Below are positions 43,088 through 56,382 of a DNA stretch of 64,000 nucleotides, piece by piece (within the stretch, counting starts at the first letter, position 1; every line of letters starts with the position of its first letter). Position numbers and translations under genes: made by a program. A model generated the notes under the pieces. It did not search any database and was not told the origin of the DNA. It saw only the letters and a program-made list of their open reading frames with translations. The DNA comes from Eledone cirrhosa (taxonomy: Eukaryota), in NCBI GenBank assembly GCA_964016885.1, contig OZ024740.1:209250001-209314000 (forward strand), in the 5' to 3' direction.

Positions 43088-43646
43088 GATGGGCATGGTT
43101 ATAGGAACAGGAAGAACAACCGTACGAATGCGCATGCGCAGAAACCCGGTCACTTCACACAGGCAATACTAGACTGCGTGCGAGAGGTGTAAGGGATATA
43201 ACTGCGAAAGTCCGAAAAGGTTTTAGGTTGAAAATAAAATAAAATTACAAAGAATCAGTCCGGAGCCTTGTAGTTATGTAATAGGTGTTTGGCGACGTGT
43301 GGACAACGTGTGAAAAATTCACTTCTCGTGTTTAGGCAATCACTATTGCGTAATCTCTTTAGAATAGTTATTCGTTCGTCAATACAGAGATTACGCAATA
43401 GTGATTGCCTAAACACGAGAAGTAAATTTTTCACACGTCGCCAAACACCTATTACATAACTACAAGGCTCCGGACTGATTCTTTGTAAATTTTATTTTAT
43501 TTTCAACCTAAAAACTTTTCGGACTTTCGCAGTTATATCCCTTACACCTCTCGCACGCAGTCTAGTATTGCCTGTGTGAAGTGACCGGGTTTCTGCGCAT
43601 GCGCGTTCGTACGGTTGTCCTTCCTGTTCCTATAACCATGCCCATC

Positions 43647-43686
43647 CCGAGCTGAAGATCCGCTAAGGTGAAACAATTGTTCTCGG
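43647..43686 (+). ncRNA. Type I hammerhead motif (family D)
   Basis: CCGAG-CTGAAGA-TCC-GCTAA-GGT-GAAA-CAATTG-TT-CTCGG. Palindromic stem III. Stem I extends as ACCATG/TATGGT past a bulge. Stem II is weak. Confidence 0.72.
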
Positions 43687-44725
43687 TATGGTGAACTAAC
43701 TGTTATGTAACCACTTCTATATATATATATGTTGCGTTGTGATATGCCTCTACATTTTGTTGCTGTTATTGTTGTTGTTGTGGCTGTTGCTGTTATTGCT
43801 GCTGATATTGTGGCTATTGATGTTGATATTTTAGTTGTTTTACTGTATTAAATCATGTAAAACAAATCTATAATCCTGTAGAGATTACATACGGATCATT
43901 AATTTTACAATTTATCTTCATGTAATCGACTGAGTCCATTTTCGTTGTTTTTATTTTAATAGTTTTCCAACTCCCATGTATTGATTATTATTATTGCGAT
44001 ACTTTCAAAGAACACAACCATCTACGGAACGGTGTATATGAAATATCTATGTTTGGAATTATATAAATCAGTTAGAAGGATGTTAAAAAGAGTGAAAACC
44101 TGTAGATTTTAAACATTAGTCTCAACAATGATTAAAACATGAAGATATTTCGTATTCTCTAGCCCACTGGTTTCCAAAGTGTTCCGCAAAGGAGTGGGGG
44201 GGGGGGGGTCTGTAAAAAAAGTAAAGGAGTATATTTATATTTTTACCATTTAACAGTATTATACTTTGGAGTTCCCCCAAACGTTTCTGAACCAAAACGG
44301 GTTCCGCGTTTGAAAAAGTTTGGAAAACCCTGCTCTAGCTGTATTTTGTCTCCCAAGATGGGGTCACGTCTTTGGTCATGAGACACCATATTCGGACCAA
44401 GATTGTCTTGCAAAACTTTCTTTCGTTGATGATTTGCTTTAATTATCTGTTGTTTTTTAAAACGATTTTTGCCATTAAAAAAAGAAAACAAAGTGGATTA
44501 AGTGATCAGCCTCAATTTCCTGCAGATATCAATAGTTGCGAGACACCCTTGCGAGACGACCCTCCCATCTAAACAAAGAACCAAATAATATTTCAACACG
44601 GAAAACTAATTTGGGTTGATTGGGAAGACTTTAGCTATCAAAATTTGAAGGTAAACGTTTTCTGACCGTTGAAGAGTACAATGAAGAAATATATTAGTTT
44701 TAAGCATGATATAGTAGGAAAAGAG

Positions 44726-44760
44726 TCTCAACGTTTCGGACGCTAACTTTTCATCAGAAA
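44726..44760 (-). ncRNA. Degenerate hammerhead motif, family A
   Basis: Reverse complement TTT-CTGATGA-AAAGTTAGCGTCC-GAAACGTT-GAGA, with stem II disrupted. Confidence 0.5.
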
Positions 44761-45020
44761 ACAGAATGAGAAATCAAGGAAGGGAGGAGAGAGAACAGGG
44801 TCAGAAACGAAAAAAAAAAACAAGCAGGTCTTTTTATATCGTCATCTCTTGGAAAACTGTTGAAAGTAGCGATTGTAGTGTGTACAGTGTGTATATACAT
44901 AAGTGTGTGCGCATGTGTGTATATGTGTGCATATGTGTGAGTGTGTATGACATGCAAAAATGTCAAATGAGTGTGTATGACATGCAGTGTTACTGACGAC
45001 ATTATTATACTAATACACTA

Positions 45021-45232
45021 AGGGCGGTGGATTGGCAGTATCGGTAGAGGGTCGGACGCCATGCTTTGCAGCATAGAGTTACGGCCCTTTATGATCTGAG
45101 TTCAAATCCCGCCAAGGTTAACTTTTCATCCTTATGGGATCGATAAAATAAAGTACCAGTCACGCACTGGGGTCGATTTAATCGACTTTCCCCTTCCCCA
45201 AAATTGCTGGCCTTGTGCCTATATAGGGAACA
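45021..45232 (+). mobile_element. Full-length SINE S1 with 18-bp TSD
   Basis: attattatactaatacac at 45001-45018 and 45233-45250. Confidence 0.9.
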
Positions 45233-45266
45233 ATTATTATACTAATACACGCACATTATGCGTTAT

Positions 45267-45590
45267 GTGAAGGTACGTGGCTTAGTGACTAAGGTGTTCG
45301 GCTTATGATCGTCAGGTTTTGAGTTCGTTTCTGGCGGCCCTTCGTATCCTTGAGCAAGACACTTTATTTTACGTTGCTCCAGTCCATTCAGTTAGAAAAT
45401 AATGAACTGTACTTGTAATTCGAAGAGCCAGTTTTGTCATACACAGTGTCACACTGAATCTCCCTTAGAACTATGTTAAGGGTACACATGTCTGTGAAAT
45501 GTTCCACCAACTTACACGTTAATTTCACGAGCAGGTTGTTCCATTGTTCGAAGAACATGAACACTCGTCGTCTAAACCAGCGAAGATCCA
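45267..45590 (+). mobile_element. tRNA-derived SINE family S2
   Basis: gtgaaggtacgtggcttagtg head, gagttcg B-box, ccttgagcaagacact core. Related head at 52167. Confidence 0.7.
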
Positions 45591-45799
45591 ATACGCCTTA
45601 TGCATGGTATGAATAATTTTCTTAAATCCTGCTCATCTGACTCAGTGACCGAGATCCATCTCAGCCAGTAGAGGCTTATGTGAATGAATACTAACTGAAA
45701 CTTAATATCATCCTATTGAAAAACGGATTTATTTCACTGAAAAACGGATTTATTTAAACAAAGTATAAAATGATGTCAAATACAACGTGGTTTATGTTA

Positions 45800-46154
45800 T
45801 CATAATATAATAAAGTAAGAAGTGCGGGACTGTGTCCTGAATATATTTTTTATCCTATTAATAAAATAAGTCGGATTACTTTGAATAAATAATGAATAAA
45901 TATTACATAATTTATGTACTCAATTTCGTAGCTGTTGATTAAACATAAATATTCTCATATATTTTAAGATTCACTTTTAAATTTTTCAAATCTCAATACT
46001 TCCAGTTATGATATAACAGACGCTATATTATATCGCTTATATAAACGTTCATATACTTACATCGTTATATCATAACGTTTATATTGCGTATAATATCAAT
46101 ATGCGCATTACACACACTAGCAGAAAACCACCGAAAGGGTGGTTTTTCTCGTAG
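45800..46154 (+). mobile_element. Non-autonomous Helitron family H2
   Basis: A|TCATAATATAATAAAG start, body homologous to 41387-41934, same terminal hairpin, degenerate GTAG|T end. Confidence 0.75.
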
Positions 46155-46280
46155 TATATATAAACAAAACCTGACAAAGGGCGGAAGAGCTCATAAGAGT
46201 CAACGGCGATCCAAAAATATGTAAATATGTATATACACATGTACATATGTATGTGATTGTATATGCGTGTGCATATGCCT

Positions 46281-46985
46281 GGGGTGTCAGGGAGGGGTAT
46301 GTACCTCTGTAGGGAGGACTAGCCATGCCCTTTTCAGGACAGCTCGTCCTGCATTGGGTCCCACCTGACACTCAGCTCTCACCTGTGGCCCCAAGAAGCT
46401 GTAGCATGCGACAGCGGCCACACCCCGGTAAACCGCCTTGGCTGGCGTGCCGAACCAGGTTGAGGGTAGCCGGACGGGTCTGAAACCGCCCGGTGAGTTA
46501 GATAGGGGATGCCTGCCCCTGCATGCGAAGACTGGACCCGACGGAGTGAGTGGAGGAGGACAACATCGTCCCAACGGTCACGAAGGCGGCGATAGCAAGC
46601 TGTGTGGAGCTCTAGGGCACGGCAAGGTACTACAGACGTCTTGGCCACCCACTGCAGCCAAGGAAGTCCCTGGTGGTGACGGTCCTCCGTACCACCGGAT
46701 TCTGGCTTCTGCGGCCGAGTGAGTGGGACCGTCACTGTGCATTGGCCCTCCCACTATAAACCTTTCCCGCACAGGTTTCTTCTTTAGCGTGCACTCCCAA
46801 AGCCCTGCAGCGATGGGCGAGAGGTGGAGGTAACCTCTGGGTGTTACCAGTCTGACTCCAGTCTCTTCCCCTGCCCCCACTGTCCCCGGACCTGCAAGTC
46901 AAGGATCGGCCTCCACAGCCATCTTCGTGCCCACGGCAGACAGGAACAACAATAAAGAAGATGTCATCATCGTTTACGATGAACA
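46281..46985 (+). mobile_element. GC-rich 5' UTR of an RTE/BovB-like LINE without ORF body
   Basis: Motifs gcatgcgacagcggccacacccc..caggttgagggtagccg and gagtgggac..cccgcacaggttt recall BovB-type 5' UTRs and parallel 1390-1440 and 2150-2210. Confidence 0.55.
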
Positions 46986-47480
46986 ACCAAGATATATAAC
47001 GACGACCTAGCTGGAGGAATCATAGATGGTGGTGATCCTGGTCTGAAGTAGGGTTCCCGGTAAACCTTTTTAGTTTTTTCTATGGGATGTAAAATAAAAA
47101 CTGAACAAGATTACATGTACCTCTTGACTAGGATTGAACCCAAGACCAGGATCTCCACCATCTCTAGTACCTACCGCTAGGCCACTGAGATAGCTACGAA
47201 AATCTTATGAAATTTCATACTTATATATGTATGTATACGTATATGTGTGCGCGTGTATGTAAGTGTATGTAAGTATGTAAGAGTGTGTGTATGTGCGTAT
47301 GTGTGTGTATGTGCGTATGTGTGTGTATGCGCATGCGCGTGTGTGTGTATATGCGTGTATGTACGTGTGCGTATGTACGTATGCGTATGTGTATGTACGT
47401 GTGCGTGCGTAGATGACCCGTAAATTCTTGACGGGTCGATAAAACAAATTGTCTAAATTAAAAATCATTACTACTACTAC

Positions 47481-50400
47481 TAATAATAATAATAATTTCT
47501 TTATTAGCCTCAAGGGCCTACACAGAGGTCAATACAATAGACAGGGACAGTGGGGATTTACATATATAATGTAAAAAATATAACAAAAGAACAATAAAAA
47601 TACAATGAAAATTCTCCAATAGGGGGGATAACCACCCAGGGTTGATTCAGGTACCCCGCCAATTCTGAATCATTCGATGCATCGCGAGCACCCGGGAAGG
47701 GTACCCCTCTCCTCCTCAAATTAACCAGCTTACAGCCACATACTCAGATTAGGCCCATTCACTCAGGTCATTCTCGCCATATTCACCTACCTTTCAGAAA
47801 ATGTAGTGGGTGGGGGTGGGGATCAACACTTCTCTCTCCACCCTCACCTTCCTTTGCAAGTGAAACTTGAAAAAGTTGAGGGATTGGCCGAAGAGAAAAG
47901 TGTCTGTCTTCAGTCCTTTCAACCTGGTCCACCATACAACCTCTTTCGCTACCACCACCAGACAGAGGAAAATTGCCTGCCCTTCCTGGCCAAAAGAAGG
48001 CGGCTGGGCGACCTTTACTATGGACTCGGTCGATAGCCGGATCCGTTCTACACGCGACAACAGCTGTTCGACATAACTTCACTCCATAATGCATGGACAC
48101 TGGACGAGTGCGTGCAGAATCGTTTCGTCGCTCTGCGCACGTCTCGGGAAGGTCTGTCTGACAGCACTTCCGTGCCTGTAAAGTTTATCTCAAAGCGACA
48201 GGACTGCAGCCTAGTCAAAGAGACGAGCTGCGGAAAGACCCATCTGGCAAACGGTGACCACACCTGTTCATCGTTTAGGCAGAATATCTGGAGATGCCGC
48301 AGCTTCAGCGCATGTTCGCGTATCATTAGCTACGGCATGCCCAGCTCTCCGAATAGAGGGTGTTGGCAGCAGATGGACCGCCTCACCAACGGAACCTGTC
48401 CCCTCTACAAGAAATTGAAAAGGAGCCGCTCCAGTTTGGCGAGAGACGAACGAAGACAAGACGCAACGGTCAGGAGGTAGTAGATGACGGGCGCGATGTA
48501 CGGGTTCGCCACCTACACCCTACCTTTCAGGGACAGCTTCCTCTCCGCACATTTTTGAGTGAGAGTGGCTACCCTGATCGTCACCTCATCTCAATGCTTA
48601 TCCACCTGGCGGTCTAGTCTGAACCAAACCCCGAGCAACTTTACCGGTCCGTCCATCCAGCGACCGACGACGCTGTTGGACGGCGTCTTATCTAGGTCGA
48701 CCATCACACACTTTTGATCTGAATAGGCGACCGTTTTAAAACGTGGACAGCCTACACTATTTCCCTAATGAAAATCTTGTCTATATACGATCTAGATGAC
48801 CCTATGCGGTTGGTTCAGGTCCACACTGGCGCATTAGGGAAATCTAGTCGGTACCTGTCAGACATTTGGAACTGGCTGAGTAGGTACTTGAGGCTTTTGC
48901 AGCCCACCCCCGCTCCTATCAGCTACTTCCACACAATCCCAGCGTGCGTCTAAGATGCCGTTCCAGTGCCCCCCCCCCCCTAACAGTAAAGGGCGAGACG
49001 TACCCGGAAAGGCTTCTAGGCGCCTAAAGAAGTCCGGTCGTCCGCCTCCGGTAGGAGCGTAGACGGCCACCAGTCTAAAGGCACCACCTTCGCTATTGTT
49101 CACGTCCAGGACCACCAACTTACCGTCCGGGTCCCGGAAGATCAACCTTACCTCGAGATCCATGTCTTTTCTAAACAGCACTGCCACCGCACCTTCCATT
49201 CCTGGCCGACAAACAGATACGAAGATCTGATAGTCGTCGAAAATGGGGGCTAGTACGTGTCGGAAATCTTGGTCTCGCTGACGGCAATTGCATCCATTTC
49301 CAGAGACCTGAGGTCATTGAGAAGACGACCCCAGGCCACAAACATTTAAACTTCTAACTCTTAATATGGCCATGTTGGCAAGCTAATAGAGAGAGGGAAG
49401 GTTTACTTACCTCCCGGGGTCTTGTGAAGGTCGGTGGTTCTACCTCCATGGCTGGTGGGGTTTCTTTTGGGAACCCCTTCGTGCAAAAAAGGGCCATCAA
49501 TTTCTCGTTGGCCCTTCTGACAAACACGAAGTTTTTAATGTTTTGTTGGTGCGGTTTTGATTTCGTTTGGGTAACTGTGGTGGTGATGGTTTTGTTGGTG
49601 TTGTTTCGGGTGTCTGTGTTTGGTGTGGGTGCGGTGCCTGCAATTTCAGGCGTCTGTGTCTTTATTTGTTCTTGTGTCTGTTTAGGTTGTTTGCATTTGG
49701 GGCATTGTGAGGATGGTGGTGGTGAAGTGTTTACGTTGGTGGTGTCTGTATTTTTAGTTGTGGATGTTTTTGTGCTTTGTGGGGGCTTTTTCTTTGTGTG
49801 TTTTCTATTTTGCTTTTTGGCGGTTTTGAGGTTTTTCCTCGTCTTCACTACTGGAAGACAACGTGTCTGTGGCTGTAAGTGTATCTGTGTACGTTTATGT
49901 TTTTGTCCATGTGTATATTTTGAGGAGGAGAGGGAATGGGAGAGCTTTCCTCGTTTTCCCCCTGGGTTGGTTCTGGTGCAACTGTTTTTGTTGTTGGTAA
50001 GGCTGCCGGTGTCAGGGTTGGTGGAGCTTTCCGTGCAGCAAAGGAGGTTTGCATTTTTGAGCTGAGGGCAGAGGGCTCGCAGATGCGTTGCTTCCTCGCA
50101 GACGAAGCAGTGCGGCATTCCTCCCTCAGGGATCAACTAAATTATTGTCCCGACCTGCAGGCGGACAAAGTCCGGGATGTTATTTAGGTTTTCTCGTTTT
50201 ATTTGGAGAAGAATCTCCAAATCCATCCCGGACCAGTCCACTCTGTCAGTCTTTTTGATATCTACGAGGGCAGTGTCGGTACCCTCCTCGATTACGCATC
50301 CCAGGAGCCACCATAGGTTCATTCCTGGTGAGATCCTAGGAATACGGACCTTCGCTATTCTTTTGCCCATGTAGGACGGGTGCATAATGATGCGTTCCGT

Positions 50401-50760
50401 TCTGCTGGGGGCCACGGAGTGCTTGATAGCAAGGACCTCGAGTTTCAATAGTACCGAGATGGTGCCGAACTGTCTGGCTCTTGCTTTGTAGTCAATATCA
50501 TCTTTGATGCATTCCAAAGCAGCCTCGACTTCTGCCTGGCTGGCGAGTTCCATCTTGCGAGTCTGCACCGAAATGCATCGAAAATGTAAAGTCCTCCTTT
50601 GCATAGCCGCTAATGCCTTGTCTGGGATGGTGAGGTTGGTCCAGGATTTCTCGCATTTAATTAATTTCCACCCCTGGGCCAACTGTTGCTCCTTTTCGGT
50701 GATATCTACGTTAAAAAAACGGTTTGTTTTCGCAGCCGCCGCCGTCAATGTGCTCTTTTA
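47481..50760 (-). mobile_element. Internally deleted L1/Tx1-type LINE: ORF1 (CCHC knuckle), APE endonuclease, ORF2 C-terminus; RT missing
   Basis: CFVCEEATHLRALC knuckle. APE motifs FRLVAVYAP, G(D)WNGILD, RIDKIF, YSDQKCV at ~48690-49335. C-terminal HALW zinc region and (ATT)n tail. Confidence 0.85.
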
Positions 50761-51792
50761 CTTAGTTTGTTGCTGTTCTCACTGTTGCTCTTGTTGTTGG
50801 TGTTGTCATTCTTGCTGTTGTTGGTGGTGGTAGTGGTGTTATTATTGTTGTTGCTACCGTTATTAATGTTTATATTGAGGCTGTTGATGTTGTTGTGGTG
50901 GTAGCGGCAGTGGTGGTAAAGTGGAACGTTTACTGTTTATCGTTCCCTTCCCTTGTACCATTCTCTGACATTCAGCAGCATTGACTAGTTATATCACACA
51001 TGTCTCTGGTAGTAATAGTAGTAGTAGTAGTGGCAGTTTTTTACCTTTTGAAATGCAAGTGCAAGGTGTTTACAGATTCAAGGTCAAATTATGCCATGTA
51101 TTTATTGGGGGGGGTCAAAGTTTTTAAAAATGAATTTCAATATTCGGGCTTAAAGCCCGAATATTTGCAAAGTCTCCCCTCCTCGAAGCTAAGGTGGGTA
51201 CCTTAGGCCCCGTTATCAACAAGAAAAATCACAAAGTAACACTTTAAAACAACTTAGAATTACGAACCTTTTCTCTTGCAGACTTGTAATGTCTTCACAC
51301 AATAGTAATAATAACAATATGGCGGTGTATTGCCACTCCTACATAGTTTCACACGTTGCAAATGAGCATGGTATGTAACAGAAAATTAAATTTTTTACTT
51401 TCTTTGCTCAAATTTATACAGAAATCAGATAATGGCTTTAGTTAATGTTTTCATCAAATCCATAGCTTAGACCCTTTGCGGTTGAAATATTTTATGTCCT
51501 AGGAGCTCAAACCACCTCTTTAATCACTACGTTCGGGATGGAGATGGCTGTCTCCAAGAACGAGCCTCATGGGTTGAACTGTTTCTTTCAGTGTATTTCC
51601 TTCGCCATCCTCTGGTGTAACATATTCATGTATTCTTTCTGTCAGCCGGGACCATGAAGCAGCAACAATAAAATTGTATTATCTGATAGGTAATGGAGGG
51701 GGATAATTCTCGTTGGAGATTCGCCCACCAGTGCAATATTTTCGCTATATATTTAAACATACACACACATATATATATACATATATATATAT

Positions 51793-52006
51793 ATTGGTAA
51801 AAGGAAAAGAAAATGCTGACAAATTGTTCCCAGTGAAAAAAAGTTTAATTAGGAATAAGTAAAAATTAGTAATAGTATTGGTTAGTATTCAGTTTTTGGT
51901 TAAAACCAAAACTGAATACTAACCAATACTATTACTAATTTTTACTTATTCCTAATTAAACTATTTTTCACTGGGAACAATTTGTCAGCATTTTCTTTTC
52001 CTTTTA

Positions 52007-52011
<5 letters not shown>
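51793..52011. repeat. Near-perfect palindrome (~108-bp arms) within (TA)n
   Basis: attggtaaaaggaaaagaaaatgctgac.. versus ..gtcagcattttcttttccttttaccaat. Confidence 0.95.
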
Positions 52012-52063
<52 letters not shown>

Positions 52064-52166
52064 CTATCGATATGCAAATCCATTTGTTTGATTACTCAGA
52101 GAGCGAACGCCGACCAAGCACGACCGTGTCACCACCCCTGCGCTCCAATAAACGGTATTTCTATAC

Positions 52167-52490
52167 GTGAATGCACGTGGCTTATATGGTGAGAGCTTTG
52201 AATTCTCAATCGGGGGATTGTTAGATCGATTCCCGGACCGGGCGGTGCGTTGTGTCCTTCAGCAAGACGTCATTTCACGTTGCCCCAGTTTGTTCAGCTG
52301 TAGAAATGAATTGCGACGTCCCTGGTGCCAAGCTGTATCGGCCATTGCCTTTCCCTTGGACAACATCTGTGGTGTGGAGAGAGGAGGCTGGTATGCATGG
52401 GCGACTACTGGGCTTCCATAAGCAACCTTGCCCTGGAGAGGAACTTTCTCAGTGCAAAACCCTTGGTCATTCGTAACTGATGGGAATCTT
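52167..52490 (+). mobile_element. tRNA-derived SINE (S2-related head)
   Basis: gtgaatgcacgtggctta head, tcgattcc box, ccttcagcaagac core. Confidence 0.65.
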
Positions 52491-52631
52491 CAATGCAAAT
52501 CTATTAACAGAGTCAACCGTCCACTTGATGTCGTCACTGTTTAACTCTAGGCAAACCTTGATTTAATAGATCTATGGTCGTCCCTTATTTAGACAATGTA
52601 GCCAAGAAATAATTACATTATATTCAATCTG

Positions 52632-52815
52632 CGGTGGATTAGCAGTATCGGTAGAGGGTCGGACGCCATGCTTTGACGCATAGAGTTACGGCCCTTGCCA
52701 TTCTGAGTTCAAATCCAACCAAAGTTAACTTTGCTTTTCATCCTTACGGGGTCGATAAAATAAAGTACCAGTAATGCACAGGGTAATTGCTGGCTTGTGC
52801 CAAAAGTAGAAACAA
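52632..52815 (+). mobile_element. SINE S1 with ~16-bp TSD
   Basis: attatattcaatctgcg flanks both ends. Confidence 0.88.
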
Positions 52816-54255
52816 TTATATTCAATCTGCGTTTCATTCTTCAAGACGGTAGAGTGTGAACTAAAGGTGACTTGGCTGCTATTTCTAAAGGTTCTAGCAA
52901 CGACAGTGTGCCCCCACCCCACGACTGTATTTATTTATTTGTTTATTTTATAGTGGTCAAGAAAACTGGTAAACGCAACTGAAACTCTTCTCTTTCGTAA
53001 TTTTCTTTTGAATGTCTGTGCTGCACCTCCATTTAAACAAACGCGCATACCTCGTGATCGTTCTATTGTGTTTATATTACAGGGGAGTGGAAAAGAAGCT
53101 AAATTTACTCTTCGAAAGAAAGCTGTGATGTGAGATTTTATTTTTTTTTTCATTTTTTGATTACTTTGGATAGGCATATACTTGTAAATAAGCTTTCTTT
53201 TTCTTTTCATTATCTACGTTTCTCCGCCAGTGTCGAGTTACGTACTGCATTACCCCCAAGTATCGTCGATTCTTTTTACTACACAGAAATGACGTATACT
53301 TTCAATGTGCCTGAGAGGAAGAGAAATCAAAGGTGTGTCGCACGAATGATATATCACACTTATCTTGTTTGGGGTGGAGATGGGGGTTGGGGTCTAATGA
53401 GTGGGTAGCATTTACGGATTCGTGGATAGCATTGGTTTGTTATAGATATTGCAATTAAGGCAATTGACGGTCTTAGTTACATAATTGTTTCTACTTTTGG
53501 CACAAGGCCAGCAATTATCCTAGTGCATTACTGGTACTTTATTTTATCGACCCTGTAAGGATGAAAGGCAAAGTTAACCTCGGCGGGATTTGAACTCAGA
53601 TCATAAAGGGAGGTACATAATATGTATGAAATACATTGATACCGCGTCACGTGGACGGAGTTCTCCATTGACAGCTCACTGACATAAAAGTCTCTCAGTG
53701 GGATCGGCTGTTGTATTTGCTTGTGTTCGTGCATAACATTGAATTGGTGTAGATTTGTTTATGTTCAAGTTAAAGCAACTGACTCTCTAATTACTTATAT
53801 ATAACAATGATTTCTAATCTAAGCACATGGCGGCGAGGGTGAAAGTCGATTATATCGACCTAAGTGTTTCACTGGTACTTTATCGAACCCAGGAGTTGAT
53901 CTCGACGGGATTTGAACTCAATGTAAAAAGCAGGTATAAAATGTCACAAAGCATTTCCCTCAAAGCCCCAACTGTTCTGCCAATCCTCTGCTCGTAATTG
54001 TGACCTTCAAAGCGATCGGAAATTGGTAAAAAAAAAAAATGTTATTTCTACGTAATAGAGTTGTGAAATAAAAACTAGACTCTAAATAACACTCAAAACA
54101 TTTAAATATCAAAATGTATTCTCCATTCATGAGAATTTCAAAACCGCACCATCTAGATATGTGTTAATTAGCTGATACCACTTATACTCGAGGTTTGGAG
54201 GCATAAAAAAAAGGGGTCAGTTTATATTCGGATTGACTTATATTCGAATATATAC

Positions 54256-54449
54256 CGGACCTGTCAATTCTCCCCATCCGACGAGGAGTTCTCCCACCCA
54301 CTTTAGGGTGGGTGAGAGATGTCTTCTCTTGTGATAATGGGTATAGCTTTCATTATGTAAAATCTCCCCATTTTGCCTCATTTCTCCCCGTTTGGAGCCC
54401 TTTTTTTAATGGTATTCCCCGCTTGGGTTTTTAGAGGTTGGGAGATCTT
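54256..54449. mobile_element. MITE M1 (degenerate)
   Basis: Same body as 9824-10017, with flanks atatac / atatat. Confidence 0.75.
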
Positions 54450-55453
54450 ATATATGGTAATTAATATTTTCTCAACTTTACAACATAGAAATTACTTGGA
54501 AATCACGAAACAAGAATATTAACATTTGTTTTACATTTATAAAGCTTCCATGAGTTTTAGAATCCATACTGTTTGCTTACTGAGACATGTCTAATTACAT
54601 TAAAAGACACCATATTTGGTTTGCATAAAGATACAAAAATTCTTACTAATATAGGGGCGTACATTTAGAATTTCATTAAAACTGATTTGTGTTTAAACCA
54701 TTATTTTTTTTTTTTTTTTTTTTTTTTGTGAAGTAAGTGTGACTGTATTTCTGCTCGAGTATTAAGCAAGGTAAATCGTTGTGAAGTCATTTATCAACTT
54801 GACAGCCCATAATATATAAACTGCAGATGTTTAACGATATATATTATGTCATGCGTCCGAGCTAACATTAATAAATAGTTTGTCAGGATAAAAGAAGAAT
54901 ATATGCTATTTGAATGCTTTCACTTAGTTTTTAGTGCTTTTCACATGTATAACAAAACAGAGGTGTAGTCAATTCATTTAACCCTTATATATACACACCA
55001 TTTATGTTATCAACACTGGAAGGATGTAAAGCAAAATCAACCCCAACAAAATTTCAACTTAGTGTAAAATAAGACATTTCTACAGTCTGTCAGTGCCAGC
55101 TAATTGGCTGAGTCGTTAGAGCGTCAGGTTAAATGTTTTATGGTTTCGTTTTGGCTCTCTGCACTCCATTCCTTGAGTTCAAATCTCACTGAGGTCAACT
55201 TTGCCTTTCATCCTTCCAAGGTCAATAAAAAAAGTACCAGTCAAGTACTGGAGTCGGTTCTTCCTCTATATCTCTTTTTCACTTCCTTTCTCTCACCCTC
55301 ATTCTCTCTCTCCTCTGAAAGAAATCGGTTCTCTTCAGACTTAGATAAGGGGTGTGTTCCGCTAGATTTCAAGTGCCTAAAGTATGCTGTACGTTACGAC
55401 GTCCCCTCTACTACTCTATCAGGAGTTACGGGTCCATACATACAATTCATATA

Positions 55454-55727
55454 CCGTATTTGCTGGCCTATTGGACGCCCCTTTCTATAAGACGCTGCCT
55501 GGTTTTACGAGGAGATTTTGAGGAATAAAGAATTTTAGTATATTTCTTCATAAATTTATTTAGAATTATTTCATTGTTTTTTGTTTATTTTTCATTGTAC
55601 AACATCTGCACATTTACTATTTAAGGTTCGTTCGGTCTCCCATCGGTGATACGGGCGTATTGGACGCAGGGAAGATTTCTTTATATGTTTTCTTTTTAGA
55701 GTGCGTCTAATAGGCCGGCAAATACGG
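55454..55727. mobile_element. Tc1/mariner-type MITE
   Basis: TA-ccgtatttgctggcctattggacgc ... gcgtctaataggccggcaaatacgg-TA. Confidence 0.85.
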
Positions 55728-56177
55728 TATATCGATAATGAGATAAATGATTGTCAGAAATTATTATTATCAGAAAACATCGGTTTCATTTTAAGTGTTA
55801 TTATGGACATATTTTAAGGCTTCAACAAGATGGTGTACCAACGACTATAATATAATCAATGTCAGTGCAAGCTGTGAACACATTTCTCTTAATTTAATGT
55901 ATGCGGAAATGTCATTTAAAGTGTAAACAATACAATGAAACTGTTTGAAATTCTGGCTCATTTTAACCTCGAAACTCATCTTACGAATGGTTAAAATGAA
56001 TTTCTATGGCAATAACGAAGTTATGCGATAACGAAATTCATCTTATTGAATAGCTACTTTTATATTTAATAATTCAGTACTGTCTCGTGGCAATTACTGT
56101 TCAAGCCTGAAACTGCTGCTTCTTTAGGTGTTTGGTTATTTAGTTATGTTTATAAATGGGCCATCATATTATCTATT

Positions 56178-56382
56178 AGTTTCTGATTTAGGCATAAGGC
56201 CAACAATTTGGGGTGGGGAAGGAAACGTCGATTAATAAAGATACTTTATTTTATCGACCCCGTAAGGATGAAAGACAAAGCTTAACCTCGGTAGGATTTG
56301 AACTCAGATCGTAAAAGGTCGTAACTTTATGTCATAAAGCATGATGTCCGACGCTCCACCGATAATGCCAATCTACCGCCCT
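56178..56382 (-). mobile_element. SINE S1
   Basis: Reverse-complement consensus, TSD-like catcatatta on both sides. Confidence 0.8.

Larger units (their letters stand above)
43015..43719. repeat. Fold-back element: ~340-bp inverted arms, 27-bp spacer, hammerhead in each arm
   Basis: 43015-43358 is the reverse complement of 43386-43719 with a few substitutions and one ~10-bp indel. Flanked by (TA)n. Confidence 0.95.

Noticed and set aside
45021-47195. tRNA genes from A/B-box matches
   Set aside because: The boxes belong to SINE heads followed by SINE bodies, with no complete cloverleaf.
49424-50065. 213-aa hydrophobic plus-strand ORF
   Set aside because: Antisense shadow of the Thr/Lys-rich LINE ORF1.
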